Origin: Camelus dromedarius | Taxonomy: Eukaryota | DNA: 64,000 nucleotides | Assembly (NCBI RefSeq): GCF_036321535.1 | Contig: NC_087436.1 | Location: 83,020,001 to 83,084,000 of the forward strand | Direction of reading: 5' to 3' | The notes under the pieces: generated by a model | What the model was told of the DNA's origin: nothing | Seen by the model: the letters and a program-made list of their open reading frames with translations, nothing else | Databases searched by the model: none | Position numbers and translations under genes: made by a program | In this document: positions 50,430 to 63,789 of the stretch, piece by piece | Numbering within the stretch: position 1 is the first letter of the stretch | How the letters are laid out: every line of letters begins with the position of its first letter

Positions 50430-53345
50430 CTTGTTTTTTTTAAATAAATTTTTAAAGAGCAATTTTAGGTTCACAGCAAAATTGAGGGGAAGGCAGAGAT
50501 TTTCCATACATCCTCTGCTCACTACCCCAGACAAATTCTTCTCCATTATCAGTACACCCGACCAGAGTGGTGCACTTGTTATAATCAGTGAACTTACATT
50601 AACACATCATGATCACCCCAAGTCCACAGTTTACATTAGGGTTTATTCTTGGTGTTGTACATTCTATGGATCTCTGGATTTTGACAAATGTATTCAGCAC
50701 TGCAGTATCATAGAGAAGACTTTCTCTGCCCTAAACATCTCCTGTGTTCCACATTCCTCCGTTTCCCATTCCACCTGCTACCCATTGACTTCTGTCGGCA
50801 TGGTTTTGCCTTTTCCTCAACATCCTGTAGTTGGAATTATACAATATGCAGTCTTTCCAGACTGGCTTCTTGCACTTAGGAAGATGCATTTAAGGTTCCT
50901 CCAAGTCTTTTCATGGCTTGATAGCTCATTTCTTTTTAGCACTGAATAATATTCCATTGTCTAGAATGGGGGAATTGTTTATTTATCCATTCACTTACTG
51001 AAAGACACCTTGGTTGCTTCCAAGCTTTGGCAACTATGAATATATAGTTATATTCATCTGCTATAAACATCTGTGTTCAGGTTTCGGTGAGGACTTAAGT
51101 TTTCAACTCACTGGGTAAATACAGAGGAACATGATCACTAGATCTCATGGGACGCGTATGTTTAGTTTTGTAAGAAATTGTGAAACTGTCTTCCAAAGCG
51201 GCTGAAACAACTTGAATTCCCACCAGCAAAAAATGAACTTTCCTGGACAACATTTGATATTGTCAGTGTTTTAGAGTTTGGGCTTTCTAATAGGTGTGTA
51301 GTGGTATCTCATTGTTGTTTAAATGTGCAATTCCATAATGACATGTAATGTGGAGTATCTTTTCATATGCTTATCTGTCATCTGTATATCTTCTTTGGTA
51401 AGGTATCTGTTCAGGTCTTTGGCCCAATTTTTAATTGGGCTATTTGTTCTCTTAGTGTTGAGTTTTCAGAGTTCTTTGCATCCTCTGGGTAACAGTCACG
51501 TATCAGATACGTCTTTTGTAGATATTTTCTCCCAGTATGTGGCTTGTCTCCTTATTCCGTTGACATTGTCTTTCACAGACTAGAAGTTTTCAATTTTAAT
51601 CAAGTCTAGCTTATAATGATTTCTTTCATGGATCCTCCCTTTGGTTTTGTAGCTAAAAAGTTATCGCCATGTCCAAGATCACCTAGACTTCCTCCTACAT
51701 TATCTTGGAGTTTTACAGTTTTGCACTTTCCATTTAGGTCTATGACCCACTTCGAATTAATTTTGTGAAGGGAGTTCAGATTTGTGCTTAGATTCTCTCT
51801 CTCTCTTTTTTTTTTTTTTTTTTTTTGCATGTAGCTGTCCATTTGTTCCAGCACCATTTGTTGAAAACTATCTTTATTCCACTGTATTGCCTTTGCTCCC
51901 ATGTCAAAGATTAGTGGACTATATTTATGTGGGTCTTTTTCCAAGCTCTCTATTCTGTTCCATGTTCTATTTGCCTGTTCTTTCACCAATCTCATACTGT
52001 CTTGAGTACTGTAGCTTTTAGGAAGTCTTGAAGTCAGGTTATCTCAGTCCTCCAACTCTGTACCTCTCCTTCAATAATATGTTGGCTCTACAAGGTCTCT
52101 TGCCTCTCCATATAAACTTTAGATTAGTTGGTCAATATCCATAAAATAACTTCCTGGATTTTTTTTTAATAAGGATTGCATTGAATCTATAGATCAAGCT
52201 GGGAAGAACTGACATCTTGACAACATTGAATCTTCTTATTCATGAACATGAAGTATCTCTGCATTTATTTACTCTTAGATTTCTTTCATCAGAGTCTTAT
52301 AGCTTTCATCATATAGATCTTGTTCATATTTTGTTAGATTTATACCTAAGTATTTCACTTTCGGGGATGTAATGTAAATGGTATTGTGTTTTTAATTTCA
52401 AGTTCCACTTGTTCATTGCTAGTATACAGGAAGAGGTTGACTTTTGAATATTACCCTTGTACCCTGCAAACCTGATATATCATTTAATTAGTTCCAGGAG
52501 TTTTTGTTGTTGTTATTGCTGTTGTTGCTTGATTTCCTACATAGACAATCATGTCATCTGCAACCAAAAACAGTTTTATTTCTTTTTTCCCAAGTTGCAT
52601 AATTTTTATATCTTTTTCTTGCCTTACTGCATTGCTAAAAGTTTCAGTGTGATATTGAAAAGTAGTGTTGAGATAGAGTATCCTTGCCTTGTTCCTAATC
52701 TTAATGGGAAAGCGTCCAGTCTCTCACTATTAAGTATGATATTGGCCGTAGGCTTTTTGTAGATGATCTTTATCAAGAGGAGGGAGTTCTCCTCTGTTCC
52801 TGGTTTGATGAGAGTTTTTATCATGAATGGGTATTGTATTTTATCAAATGCTTTCTAGCAACTATTGATACAATCGTGTGATTTTTCTTCTTTATTCTGT
52901 GGATGTGATGGATTACAATAATTTATTTCAAATGTTGAACCAGCGTTGCATACCTGAAATATATGCCATGTTGTGTACAATTTTTGGTGTATAATCTCAC
53001 ATAGTAAATAATTCTTTTCATACACTGTTGGATTCAATTTGCTAATTTTTTTTTGAGGATTTTGTATCTATGTCACAAGAGATATTGGTCTGTAGTTTGT
53101 TCCCTTTCCTTGTAATGTCTTTATCCAGTTTTGGTGTTAGGATAATGCTCACAAAGTGAGTTAGGAAATATTCCCTTGACTTCTACCTTCTGAAAGACAC
53201 TGTAGAGAATTGGTAGAAATTTTCCTTAAATGTTTGGTGGAATTTCCCAGTGAACTCATCTGGGTTTGGTGTTTCTGTCTGGGAAGGTTATTAATTATTG
53301 ATTCAAACACTTTAAGATATAGGTCTATTCAAATTGTCTATTAGA
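50430..53345 (-). mobile_element. Ancient L1MC1/2-like element: ORF2 RT and C-terminal region plus 3' UTR
   Basis: Antisense L1MC 3' end 'gagcaattttaggttcacagcaaaattgag'; RT remnant [26 protein letters not shown] (52624-52824). Confidence 0.9.
50839..51447 (-). repeat. Inverted repeat, right identical core (609 bp)
   Basis: Reverse complement of 45265-45873; the ORF track independently shows shared peptides (MCNSIMTCNVEYLFICLSV..., GIIQYAVFPDWLLALRK...) at both arms on opposite strands. Confidence 0.93.
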
Positions 53346-54221
53346 TTTTTTTTTAAAGAAGACACTTTTATTTCTTTGAGTAGTATGAATATGTAGTCTT
53401 GCTATCTACTTGCTATCAGGAGGAAATCTTAATATCAATTATACTAAAATTAAAATTGTTATCTAGATATCTAAAAATCTAATTAATTAATTTGTGCCTA
53501 GTGACTGAATAATACAGATGTAGTGACTAATTATGGTTAATATGTAGACATTTTAATTTTAAATGTATTCATATGTATTCATTTTGCTGTTCCTTCAGTT
53601 TTAAGTTCACTAGGAAGCTACAATGTTTTAAACTATAAGTTAAAATAGAGCTGTTTTAACTCTCTGATTTTAAAGAGCTATTTCCATGGTCCTAGCAGTT
53701 AACACAGCCGGCTTCGGAAAAAAAATTGCCAGGTTAAAAATCTCCTAGGATGTGCTCTTTGGCTTTTCTGGTAGGTCTTGAATATAGCCACAGGCACACT
53801 AACTAATCTCAAGCTGATGCAACTAGTTACAAAACCATGACAGCTGGCTTAGAATACATCCGAAACATGTTGATGTTTTTCAGAAATACTCTTAAGAAAC
53901 ACAGACAGACACAAACAAGATTCTGATTCAGTAGATAAGAAGCCAGGAATCTAAACTCCAAACAAACATTACAAGGTGGTCCTGACTCTGATGCAAGTAG
54001 ACTGCACCACACTCAGAAACAATGCGTTTGAGGTTAGACAAGGTAGATTTGATCAATTTGTTTTCCCCCTCTTTTAATATGCTAAAATGGACCCAAAACT
54101 TATCCATAAGGAGATACCTGGCTTTGCCTTGTAAAGCCTGGTTACCTTAACATCCATAAAAGGACTTCAACATTAAATGGTGAAGATCTATGGCCTACAT
54201 AGAGAGAACTTAAATTTCCTC

Positions 54222-54796
54222 CTTTTTTTAAATTTAATTTTTTTTTAGTGAAGTACAGTCAGTTGTAATGTGTCACTTTCTGGTGTACAGCACAATGTCC
54301 CAGTCATGCATATACATACATATATTCATTTTCATTACAGGTTATTACAAGATATTGAACATAGTTCCCTTTGCTATACAGTAGAAAAATTTTTTTTCAG
54401 ATCTGCTTTTATATATAGTGGCTAACATTTGTAAATCTCAAACTCCCAAATTTATCCCTTCCCACTCCCTTTCCCTGGAAACCATAAGATTATTTACTAT
54501 GTCTGCAAGTCTGTTTCTGTTTTGTAGATGAGTTCATCACGTCCTTTTTTTTCTTTCTTTTTTTTTTTTTTTTTTAAGATTCCACCTATGAGTGATATAG
54601 TATGGTATTTTTCTTTCTCTTTCTGGCTTACTTCATTTAGAATGATGATCTCTAGGTCCATCCACTTTGCTGCAAATGGCATTATTTTATTCTTTTTTAT
54701 GGCTGAGTAGTATTCCATTGTATAAATATACCACAACTTCTTTATTCAGTCATCTGTCAATGGACATTTAGGTTGCTTCCATGTCTTGTCTATTGT
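54222..54796 (-). mobile_element. Young 5'-truncated L1 (ORF2 end and complete 3' UTR)
   Basis: Perfect 12-bp TSD TTAAATTTCCTC (54210-54221, 54797-54808); poly-T head; ORF2 C-terminal peptide MWYIYTMEYYSAIKKNKIMPFAAKWMDLE. Confidence 0.95.
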
Positions 54797-55889
54797 TTAA
54801 ATTTCCTCTTAACTGGAATGAGTGAAGAGGAAAAAAATCTGTCGATCAGCAAAAAGTAGAAGTGGGAAGGAGAAATAATGCAGCAGGTCATGCTTTAATT
54901 TGTACAGAAACGCCAACTGTTATGGTGCTGTAAATGAGTCAGATTCATTTAAGCTTAGTTACCGTGCCTATGGCCAGATCAAAAGACCCAAAAAATTTCC
55001 CAAAGCATTCACCAGTGTGAAATGAAAATGCATCTGTTGGGACCAGCAATTCTTAAAGTCGAGCCTTTCCAAAGGCATCCTCTAGAGTAGAAACCATTAA
55101 TGAATGATTGTATTTGATGACTGATGCCAGGTGTTTTGCAGTGATTTTACATAAATTCTAACTATCTTAAGAGGGAAGAAATGCCCCCAAAACATTTTAT
55201 TTCATTTCCATTATAACTCACTGTTAACTGGGTTGTCTTCTTGATATTCTATGGAAATTATACTCCAGATTAAAGACTGTCTTAATTTAACAAGGTGAAG
55301 CCACTGTTCTGAAAAGGAGTACAACTGGTTCTTACAGTCCTTGCCCTAGTCCTCATTTATTCTTTGTGCCCATATGCCCACATACCACTGAACAGTAATC
55401 CATTTCAGAATTCTGAGAAGCCAACCTCACCACTTACGTTTCTTGGGCCATGTACCTTTGGCTATTGGTGTAACTCTGAAATTTCTCTAAGAAGCATCCC
55501 CTTTGGGGTACAAATGAAGATACAAGAATGGTGATTATTTTAACTTCACTGATTGGTGCCTCTACCTCCATGACACAGAACCTCCAGCTTCCAGATGTTT
55601 TCTGGGATCACATTCTGACACAAATCTACAATCATTCTACTGTGGCCCCTTCAACCTCTGATGTCCAGGAAGCACTTGATGATAGTGCCACCTTACTGCA
55701 GCTGACTTACACAAAAACATTGACATTCCCTGGTAGAGGTGCTGGTCTTCCACAGCTCCATAATGTGAACGCAATTCAAAGCTGTCTGAAGGAGGCTCCA
55801 TGCTCTTTAGTTTCTCCTGTGCCAGAATGTTCTCTGTGGCCCAGAGAGTGGAGAGAGAGATCACACCTTGCTTGTTACCCCAACCGAAC

Positions 55890-56025
55890 TGTTTTTATTT
55901 ACAACCCTTCTGACAGCAAATATGTGGGAGTTTTTCCTCACAACAATCAATTCTCCACCTGACTCAGGTCCCAACACCAAATGAGGGTCCTACAACTCAG
56001 TTCAATTCTGACACTAACTACTCAG
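55890..56025 (-). mobile_element. MER21-like LTR fragment
   Basis: 'cttctgacagcaaatatgtgggagtttttcctcacaacaatcaattctcc...gtcctacaactcagttcaattctgacactaacta'. Confidence 0.55.
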
Positions 56026-56609
56026 AAGATATGCAGAAAACAACTGTGGGGATTTAGAAAACAGTTTAGACTACTTTCAAATGACCAATATACTTTGGGG
56101 AATAGAGCATTTCTCTCACTAGAAGATACAGTCAAACTAGGATTGCACTGAAGGGAAAAATAAGACAGGCAATAAATATAATTAGGGAAGTGGGGTGGGG
56201 GGGAAAGTCTTTCTTGATCTTCTCGTCAAGATAAAGGCAAGTTGAGTCATTTTTCTCTTTCTAATCTGTTTGTGTGTCCCAAGTATTTGTAGTGATTTTG
56301 GGGAATGAGAGCCTTCAGTGTAGAGCTGGCTCATAATTAAACTGGCTGCGCTCATATTGTGCAGGGCAGGGTGTGAGCCATGTCCCAGTTTGCATACGAA
56401 AGTCCCAGTTTACATGTATTGCTCCAAATAACTATTCATTGTGCCCCCTCTGGCTCTCAAAAGTAAACATGGTTGCCCTAGCTTTAGATGAAAAATAAAA
56501 ATAATTCCTTGTTAGGCTTCAGTGCCCCTTGTAATTAAAGCATGAAAAGTCATTACAGAAACAAAAGAGTTTTCCTTGAGGTTACAACAGGAAATTTCAC
56601 ATGCTGGTA

Positions 56610-57487
56610 TTGCTTATTCTGAGAGGAGAAACCACTGCAAAGTGTGAATACCCCAAAGTGGATCATCTACTAACTTCCCCCCAAATCTCAACTGCTATCT
56701 TTGGACTCCAGGACCCTCTTCCCCTATTTATCAGTACCTGGTACACTGTCACTCTCTCTAACACTACTCCTGTCTTATGTCTTGGTTAATTCAGTATACA
56801 CATAGGTGATTTTTCCAGCATGCTGGCCTCTGCCTACCTTGAACTGCTCTCCTCCAATGTTTGTGTTCTCCACCCTGCCTCAGCTATGCACTCCCAGGTC
56901 ACGCCACAGACACTGTCATAAGCAATTTCATTTTATCTGCCTTGCTCTTTGACCACCATATCCCATGTCCCACCTGGCTTCTTCTAGTAACCTAACTCCA
57001 ACAAAACTCTGACCCCCACAAGGACCTGCAATCATTAACTTTACTAATATATCACTGTGTCTCATTCCATACTGGTCTCTTTAATCTTTATAAGCGCCTG
57101 AAATTCCATGATCATTCACTACGATAATATCCTCGCAAAGGCCCTGAACTCTATTGTTCCTCTTTTGCATTTTCGCTTGCTTGGCAAAACCAGAATCTCT
57201 AGTTAAATTCAAATCTCTCCCACTCTGTGCCTATATCCCTGCAGCTAAATGTGGGTGGAGAAAAACACCTAAGAATAATGATTTATCTGGCTTTAAATTT
57301 ATGATCATGAATCTTAACGCTGGGACTCTGAATGGTACCCAGCAACTCAAACTATATTTCCCTAGCCCATTCACCTTTCCATTTTCCTGTTTCAACATGT
57401 CGTGATTTCTTTTCTCTTCTGTACCCTCTCCCATAGTCATTCTCAGCTGATAACCCTATTTCCTACCTTACTAAGAAAACTAAAGCA
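56610..57487 (-). mobile_element. L2 ORF region, continuing at 63866-64000 beyond the L1
   Basis: 'cttggcaaaaccagaatc...gcagctaaatgtgggtggagaaaaacac...tttaaatttatgatca', and 'tcctaccttactaagaaaac...aatcaaaagagacttc' across the L1. Confidence 0.75.
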
Positions 57488-60400
57488 GGAGTGACATGAG
57501 AAACATGGCAGAGGGAAAAACTACCTTTGTCTCTCCCCTTTCAATATACAATCAGTAAAATATCCACAACTCAAAGGTGCCTCTGCCCAACACAACAGGA
57601 CACCAGAGAATTCCACGTGTCTGCACATCTAAGGGTGAATGGACGGAACACACAGAGGAAGCAGAACTGAGGCAACAGCAGTCTGTGTCTGCAATCCCTG
57701 TCATCTGACAGTGGCAGCATAGCCCATAGCTTCAGAGGACCTGGTAGTAGGAGAGGAAGCGGCACACGTGACTCTGGCCTCCCAGTCAAACCAGCGCCCA
57801 CAGCCACAGGTAGCTAGGCAGCAGCGGGAGTGGGGCCTGGGACCCTGTTCCTCCAGCTGCTGACATGCCCAAGACCCCACCCTTACCCCCCATCTGCAGT
57901 AGCAGAGCCCCCAAACCTTACAATACCAGACATGGTAGAGGTGCCTGCATGACCCCAGCTCCCCCTGCACTGTTTCCCTCCCCACACTACAAAGCCTGTG
58001 TCTCAGAGGATCCTGGATGCAAGGAAAGAGCCCACCATCCCAGTGACAACAGCAACTCTGGCAGAAGCAAGGCAGCAACCACCCTAGAGAAACAAGAAGT
58101 GGCAGTGAAGGCACAGAGGCACACCTCATGTAGATGGGGTGGAGGTTAGAAAGTGTAGAGCCTCAAATATAACCAGAGGCAGCTCAAGTGAGAGTAACCA
58201 CAAACTTGTGTGATACCACCACCTACTGGAAGACAAAAGAAAGGAACCTAACAGCTAACCTGTCGTTTAATTTCAAATGCAGCAGCAGAGGGATAACTCA
58301 TCAAGCAACATGAAGAACTGCAGTAACACTGTACCACAAAAAGAAAGTGACAATTCTCCAGAAATCAAACTTAAAATTACAGAATATTGTGATCTAACTG
58401 ACAGAGAATTCAAAATCACTATCATGAAGAAACTCAGAGAGATACAAGAAAACTCAGAAAGGCAGTTTAATGAGCTTGAAAACAAAACTAATGAACAGGA
58501 GTACTTTACCAAAGTAACGGACATCCTTAAAAAGAACCAAACAAATTCTGAAGAACACCATAAACGAGAGGAAGAATGTATTGGAAAGCACTAGAAATAG
58601 AGCAGACCACGTGGAAGAGATTTAGTGAGCACAAAGATAGAAATCTGGAAACAACACAAGCAGAAGAGGGAAGAGAAATAAGATGTAAAAATATAAGGAA
58701 GTCCTATGAGAGAGATTTGACTCTTTTAGGAAAGGCAGCATTAGGATGAAGGAGGGAAAAGGGAGCAGAGAGATTAAAGAAAGTCCACAAAGTCCAAAAG
58801 CTAAGAGAACACCTAATTAGCCCAACTGAAAAGGCCTTCTCCAAGACACATTATATGAAAACTGCCAAAAGGCAATGACAAAAAAAGAATTTAAAAGGTA
58901 ACCAGGGAAAAAAGGACAGTAAATTACAAAGGAACCCCCAATTAGGCTATCAGCAGATTCCTCAGCCTAAACCCTACGGGCCAGGAGGGAGTGCAGTGAC
59001 ATTCTCAGACACTGAAAGATAAAAACTGTCAGTCAAGAATAGTTCATCCAGCAGTTATCCTTCAGATATGAAGGAGAAATAATTTCCCAGACAAACAAAA
59101 GCTGAGGGAGTTCATCACCACTGGACCTGCCTTACAAGAAATGAAAGGAGCTTTTCTACCAGAAACAAAATGGTCAAAATACACAAAACTTTAAGCAAGG
59201 TGATAAATAGACAGAACCAGAAAACTGTAATTCTTTATCAGAATAGGTTTTTAAACACTTTATTACAGTATAAAAATTAAAGATCTAAAAAAAGAAAGCA
59301 GAAAAATAACTACAGTTATCTCAGTATGGTAACAAACACAATACAAAAAAGATAATTTGAGACAACAAAAACACAAAAGTAAGTGAAGACAAAATGTTAT
59401 CAGCAAAAAAAAGGAATCTAACAGGAATCTCTTTATCAATGAGATGTTTTATACAAATCCCAGGGTAACCACAAAACATAAACACAGAGCAGAGACACAA
59501 AACATAAAAAAAGGAAACTGAGAAAAATACCATTAAAAAACCACCAAACAAAAGTAGCATGCAGAAACACAAGGAAAAAGAAACAATGGAGATACAGAGT
59601 GGCCAGATAACAAAAGATTAAATGACAATACTAAGTTCCCATCTATCAATAATCACCCTAAATGTAAATGGACTGAATTCACCAATCAAAAGACACAGAA
59701 TGCTGGATGGATTAAAAAACAAGCCTCAAGTATATGCTGCCTCCAGGAGACACACCTCAGGTCTAAAGACAGGCTAAAGGTGAAGGGATGGAAGATGATA
59801 CTCCAAGCAAAAAGCAGCCCAAAGAAAACAGGCATAACCACACTCATCTCAAAAAAACTAGACTTCAAGCCAAAAAAGTTAACAAGAGACAATATAAAGG
59901 AGACAATTAATCAAGAAGTCATAATAGTGATCATTATATACGTACCTAACATAGGAGCACAAAAATATATTAAATAATTATTAACAGACCTAAAGGGAGA
60001 AACCGACAACAACATGATTAAAAGTAGGGGACTTTAACACCCCACTTACATCAGTGGACAGGTCATCCAAACAGCAAGTCAACAAGGAAACAGCAGCCTT
60101 AAATGAAAATTTAGGCCAGATGTATTTGACAGACTTGTACAGAATATTCCATCAAAATGTAGTGGAATACACATTCATCCCAAGTGCACATGGACTGTTC
60201 TCAAAAACAGCACACACTGGGACACAAAATAAGTCTCAATAAATTCAAGAATATTAAAATTATATCAAGTATCTTTTCTGATCCCAGTGGAATGAAACTA
60301 GAAATCAACTACAAGAAGAAAGCTGGAAAAATCACAAATATTTGGTGACTGAGCAACATACTACTGAACAATTACTGGCTCAACAAAGGAATCAAAGGAG

Positions 60401-61384
60401 AAATAAAAAATTACCTAAAGACAAATAAAAATGAAAATATGACATACCAAAATCTATGGGATATGGCAAAAGTGGTGCTAAGAGGGAAGTTTACAGCAGG
60501 ACAGATCTACCTCAAGAAACAAGAAAAATTTCAAACAAACCATCTAAACTCACAGGTAAAGAAACTAGAAAATGAAGAACAAATGAAGTCCAAAGTAGCA
60601 GAAAAAAGGAAATAATAAAGCTCAGAGCAGACATAAATGAACTAGATACTAAAAAGACAATTAAAAAATCAATGAAACTAAGAGCTGGTTCTTTGAAAAG
60701 ATAAACAAAATTGACAAACCATTATCTGGACTCACTAAGAAAAAAAGAGAGAAGGTTCTGATAAATAAAATCAAAAGTAAAAAAGGGAGAAATGACAACA
60801 ACACCAGAGAAATACAAAGAGTTATAAGAGAATATTATGAATAGCCACACACCAACATATTGAACACCCTAGAAGCGGAAATGGAACAAATTCTTAGAAT
60901 CATATTACTTTCCCAGACTGAATCAGGAAGAAATAGAAAATCTGAGCAGACCGATCACTAGTACAGAGATTGAAACAATGATCAAAAACCTCCCCAAAAT
61001 GGAAGTCCAGGACCAGGTGGCTTCATGGGTGAATTTTACTAAACATTCAAAGAGATTTAATACCTATCTTTCTCAAACTATTCCTAAAAATTGAAGAGAA
61101 GGGAACACTGTTTATGAGGCCATCACCTCGATACCAAAACCAAAGACAACAGAAAAAAGAAAATTAAAAGCTAGTATCTCTGATAAACATAGATGCAACA
61201 ATCTTCAACAAAACATCAGTAAACCAAATTCAACACTATATCAAAAGGATCATACACCATGAGCAAGTGGGATTTATTCCAGGGACTCAAAGATGGTTCA
61301 GCATTTGCAAGTAAATCAGTGTGATATACCACATTAACAAAATGAAGGGTAAAAACCAAATGACTATCTCAAAGATGCTGAAAA

Positions 61385-61414
61385 AGCTTTTGACAGCTTT
61401 TGACAGCTTTTGAC
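61385..61414 (+). repeat. Perfect triplication of AGCTTTTGAC inside L1 RT
   Basis: Three exact 10-bp units seen directly. Confidence 0.9.
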
Positions 61415-63259
61415 AAGATTCAGTATCTATTTATGATTTTAAAAACTCTCAATAAAATTGATATAGAAGGGACATACCTCAACATAATAAAGACCATATG
61501 TGACAAACCCATAGCTAACATCATATTCAATGGTGAAAACTTGAAAGTTATCCTTCTAATACCAGAAACAAGATATGAATGCCCACTCCCACTACTTTTA
61601 CTCAACATAGTATTGGAAGCCACAGCCAGAGCAATTAGGCAAGAAAAAGAAATAAAAGGCATTCAGTTTGGAAAGGAAGAAGTATAACTGTGACTATTTG
61701 CAGATAACATAATTATTTTATATATATAAGACCCTAAAAACACAAAAAACTATTAGAAATAATAAATGCAATAAAGTTACAGGATACAAAATCAATATAC
61801 AGAAATCTGTTGCACTTCTACACACTAACAAGCTAACAGAAAGAGAAATTAAGAAAACAATCCCATTTACAATTGCAACAAAAAGAATAAAATACTTTGG
61901 AATAAACTTAACCAAGGAGGTAAAAGACCTATACACTGAAAACTCTAAGACACTTTTGAAAGAAATTGAAGAAGACTCAAATAAATGGAAAGATATTCTG
62001 TGATCATTAATTGGAAGGATTAACACAGTCAAAATATCCTTATTACCTAAAGCAAACTACAGAGTCAATGCAATCCCTATCAAAATCCAAAGGACATTTT
62101 TCACAGAAATAGAATTTAAAAATTATAAAATGTATATGGAACCACAAAAAAAACCCTAAACAGCCAAAGCAATCCTGAGAAAAAAGAACAAAGCTAGATG
62201 TATCACACTCCCTGAGCTCAAACTATACTACAAAGCCATAGTAATCAAAACAGCATGATATTGGGAAAAAAACAGATACACATATCAAAAGAACAGAATT
62301 AGGAGCCCAGAAATAAACACATATATGGACAATTAATTTATGACAAACGATTAAAGAAAATACAATGAAGAAAAGATAATCTCTTCAATAAACGGTGTTC
62401 TGAAAACTGGACAGCCACATGCAAAAAAATGAAACTAGACCACTATCTCACACCATACATAAAAATTAACTCAAAATGGATTGAAGACTTGAATGTAAGA
62501 CCTGAAACCATAAAACGTCTAGAAGAAAGCACAGACAGTATGCTCTTTGACATTAGTCTTAGCAATATTTTTCTAGATTTATCTCCTCAGGCAAGGGAAA
62601 CAAAAGCAAAAATAAACAAATGGGATTATACGGTAGTTTTATAAAAAAAGCTTCCACAGAGCAAAGGAAACTTTTAATAAAATGAAAAGATAACCTACAA
62701 ATGGGAGAAGATATTTACAAATGATATATATCCTAAAGGATTAATATCAAAATTATATTAAGAATTCATATAATTCAACAACAACAAAACTTGATTAAAA
62801 ATGGGCAAAGGAGCTGAACAGACATTTTTCCAAAGAAGACATACACATGGCCAACAGGCAAATGAAAAGATGTTTAAAGTCACTAATTATTAGGGAAATG
62901 CAAATCAAACACAATGAGCTATCACCTCACACCTATCAAAATGGCTATTACTAAAAAGACAACAAATAACAAGTTTTAGTAAGGATATGGAGAAAAGGGA
63001 ACCCTTATACACCGTAGGTGGGAATGTAAACTGGTGCAGTCACTATGGAATACAATATGGAGATTCCTCAAAAAATTAAGAATAGTACTACGATAGGATC
63101 CAGCTATCCCATTTCTGTGTATTTATGCAAAGAATATGAAAACAGTAACCTGAAAAGATATCTGCACCCCCAGTCATAGCAGCATTATTTACAATAGCCA
63201 AGATATGGAAACAACTAAAGTGCCCGTTAACAGACAAACAGATAAAGAAGATACAGTGT

Positions 63260-63260
<1 letters not shown>

Positions 63261-63316
<56 letters not shown>
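63261..63316 (+). repeat. (TATC)14 microsatellite
   Basis: Counted directly. Confidence 0.97.
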
Positions 63317-63685
63317 CATCAATCAATATGCAATGGAATACTACTGGGCCATAAAAAAGATGGATCTTGCCATCTGCAACAACATGTATGTACCTAGAGA
63401 GTCTTATGCTCAGTAAAATAAGTCAGATGGAGAAAGACAAACACCATATGATTTCCCTCACATGTGGAAGATAAAAAAACTAATAAACAAAAACAAGATC
63501 AATGAACAAACAAACCAAAACAAACCCATAGATACAGAGAACAGAGCAGTGGTTACCAGAGGGGAAAGGGTGGGAGTGGAGGGTCAAGTGGGTAAACGGG
63601 ATGAACTGTATGGTGATGGATAGAAACTGGATTTTTGGTGGTGAGCACATTGCAGTGTATACAGAAGAAGAAATATGATATTGTA

Positions 63686-63789
63686 GGGGGAAGGTAATAG
63701 CTCGGTGGTAGAGAGCATGCTTAGCATGCATGAGGTCCTGGGTTCAATCCCCAGTATCTCCATTAATAAAATTTAAAAAAAAAAGACAG
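63686..63789 (+). mobile_element. tRNA-derived SINE, camelid Vic-1-like
   Basis: A-box TAGCTCGGTGG, B-box GGTTCAATCC, A-rich tail; 17-bp TSD with 2 mismatches (63669-63685, 63790-63806) in the L1 3' UTR. Confidence 0.88.

Noticed and set aside
50431..50949. 172-aa ORF and similar hydrophobic ORFs (6994..7305, 45141..45389, 51323..51583)
   Set aside because: Antisense readings of L1 sequence.
51421..51440. Hairpin GCCCAATT-TTT-AATTGGGC
   Set aside because: Common feature of this L1 ORF2 position; already part of the inverted-repeat core.
55528..55962. 144-aa ATG ORF
   Set aside because: No recognisable family, and its 3' end runs into a MER21-like LTR fragment; not supportable as a CDS without a homology search.
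58277..62644. L1 ORF1/ORF2 peptides as active genes
   Set aside because: Fragmented by stops and frameshifts; the element is inactive.
63686..63762. tRNA-like sequence
   Set aside because: Has an A-rich tail and TSD, so it is a SINE rather than a tRNA gene.
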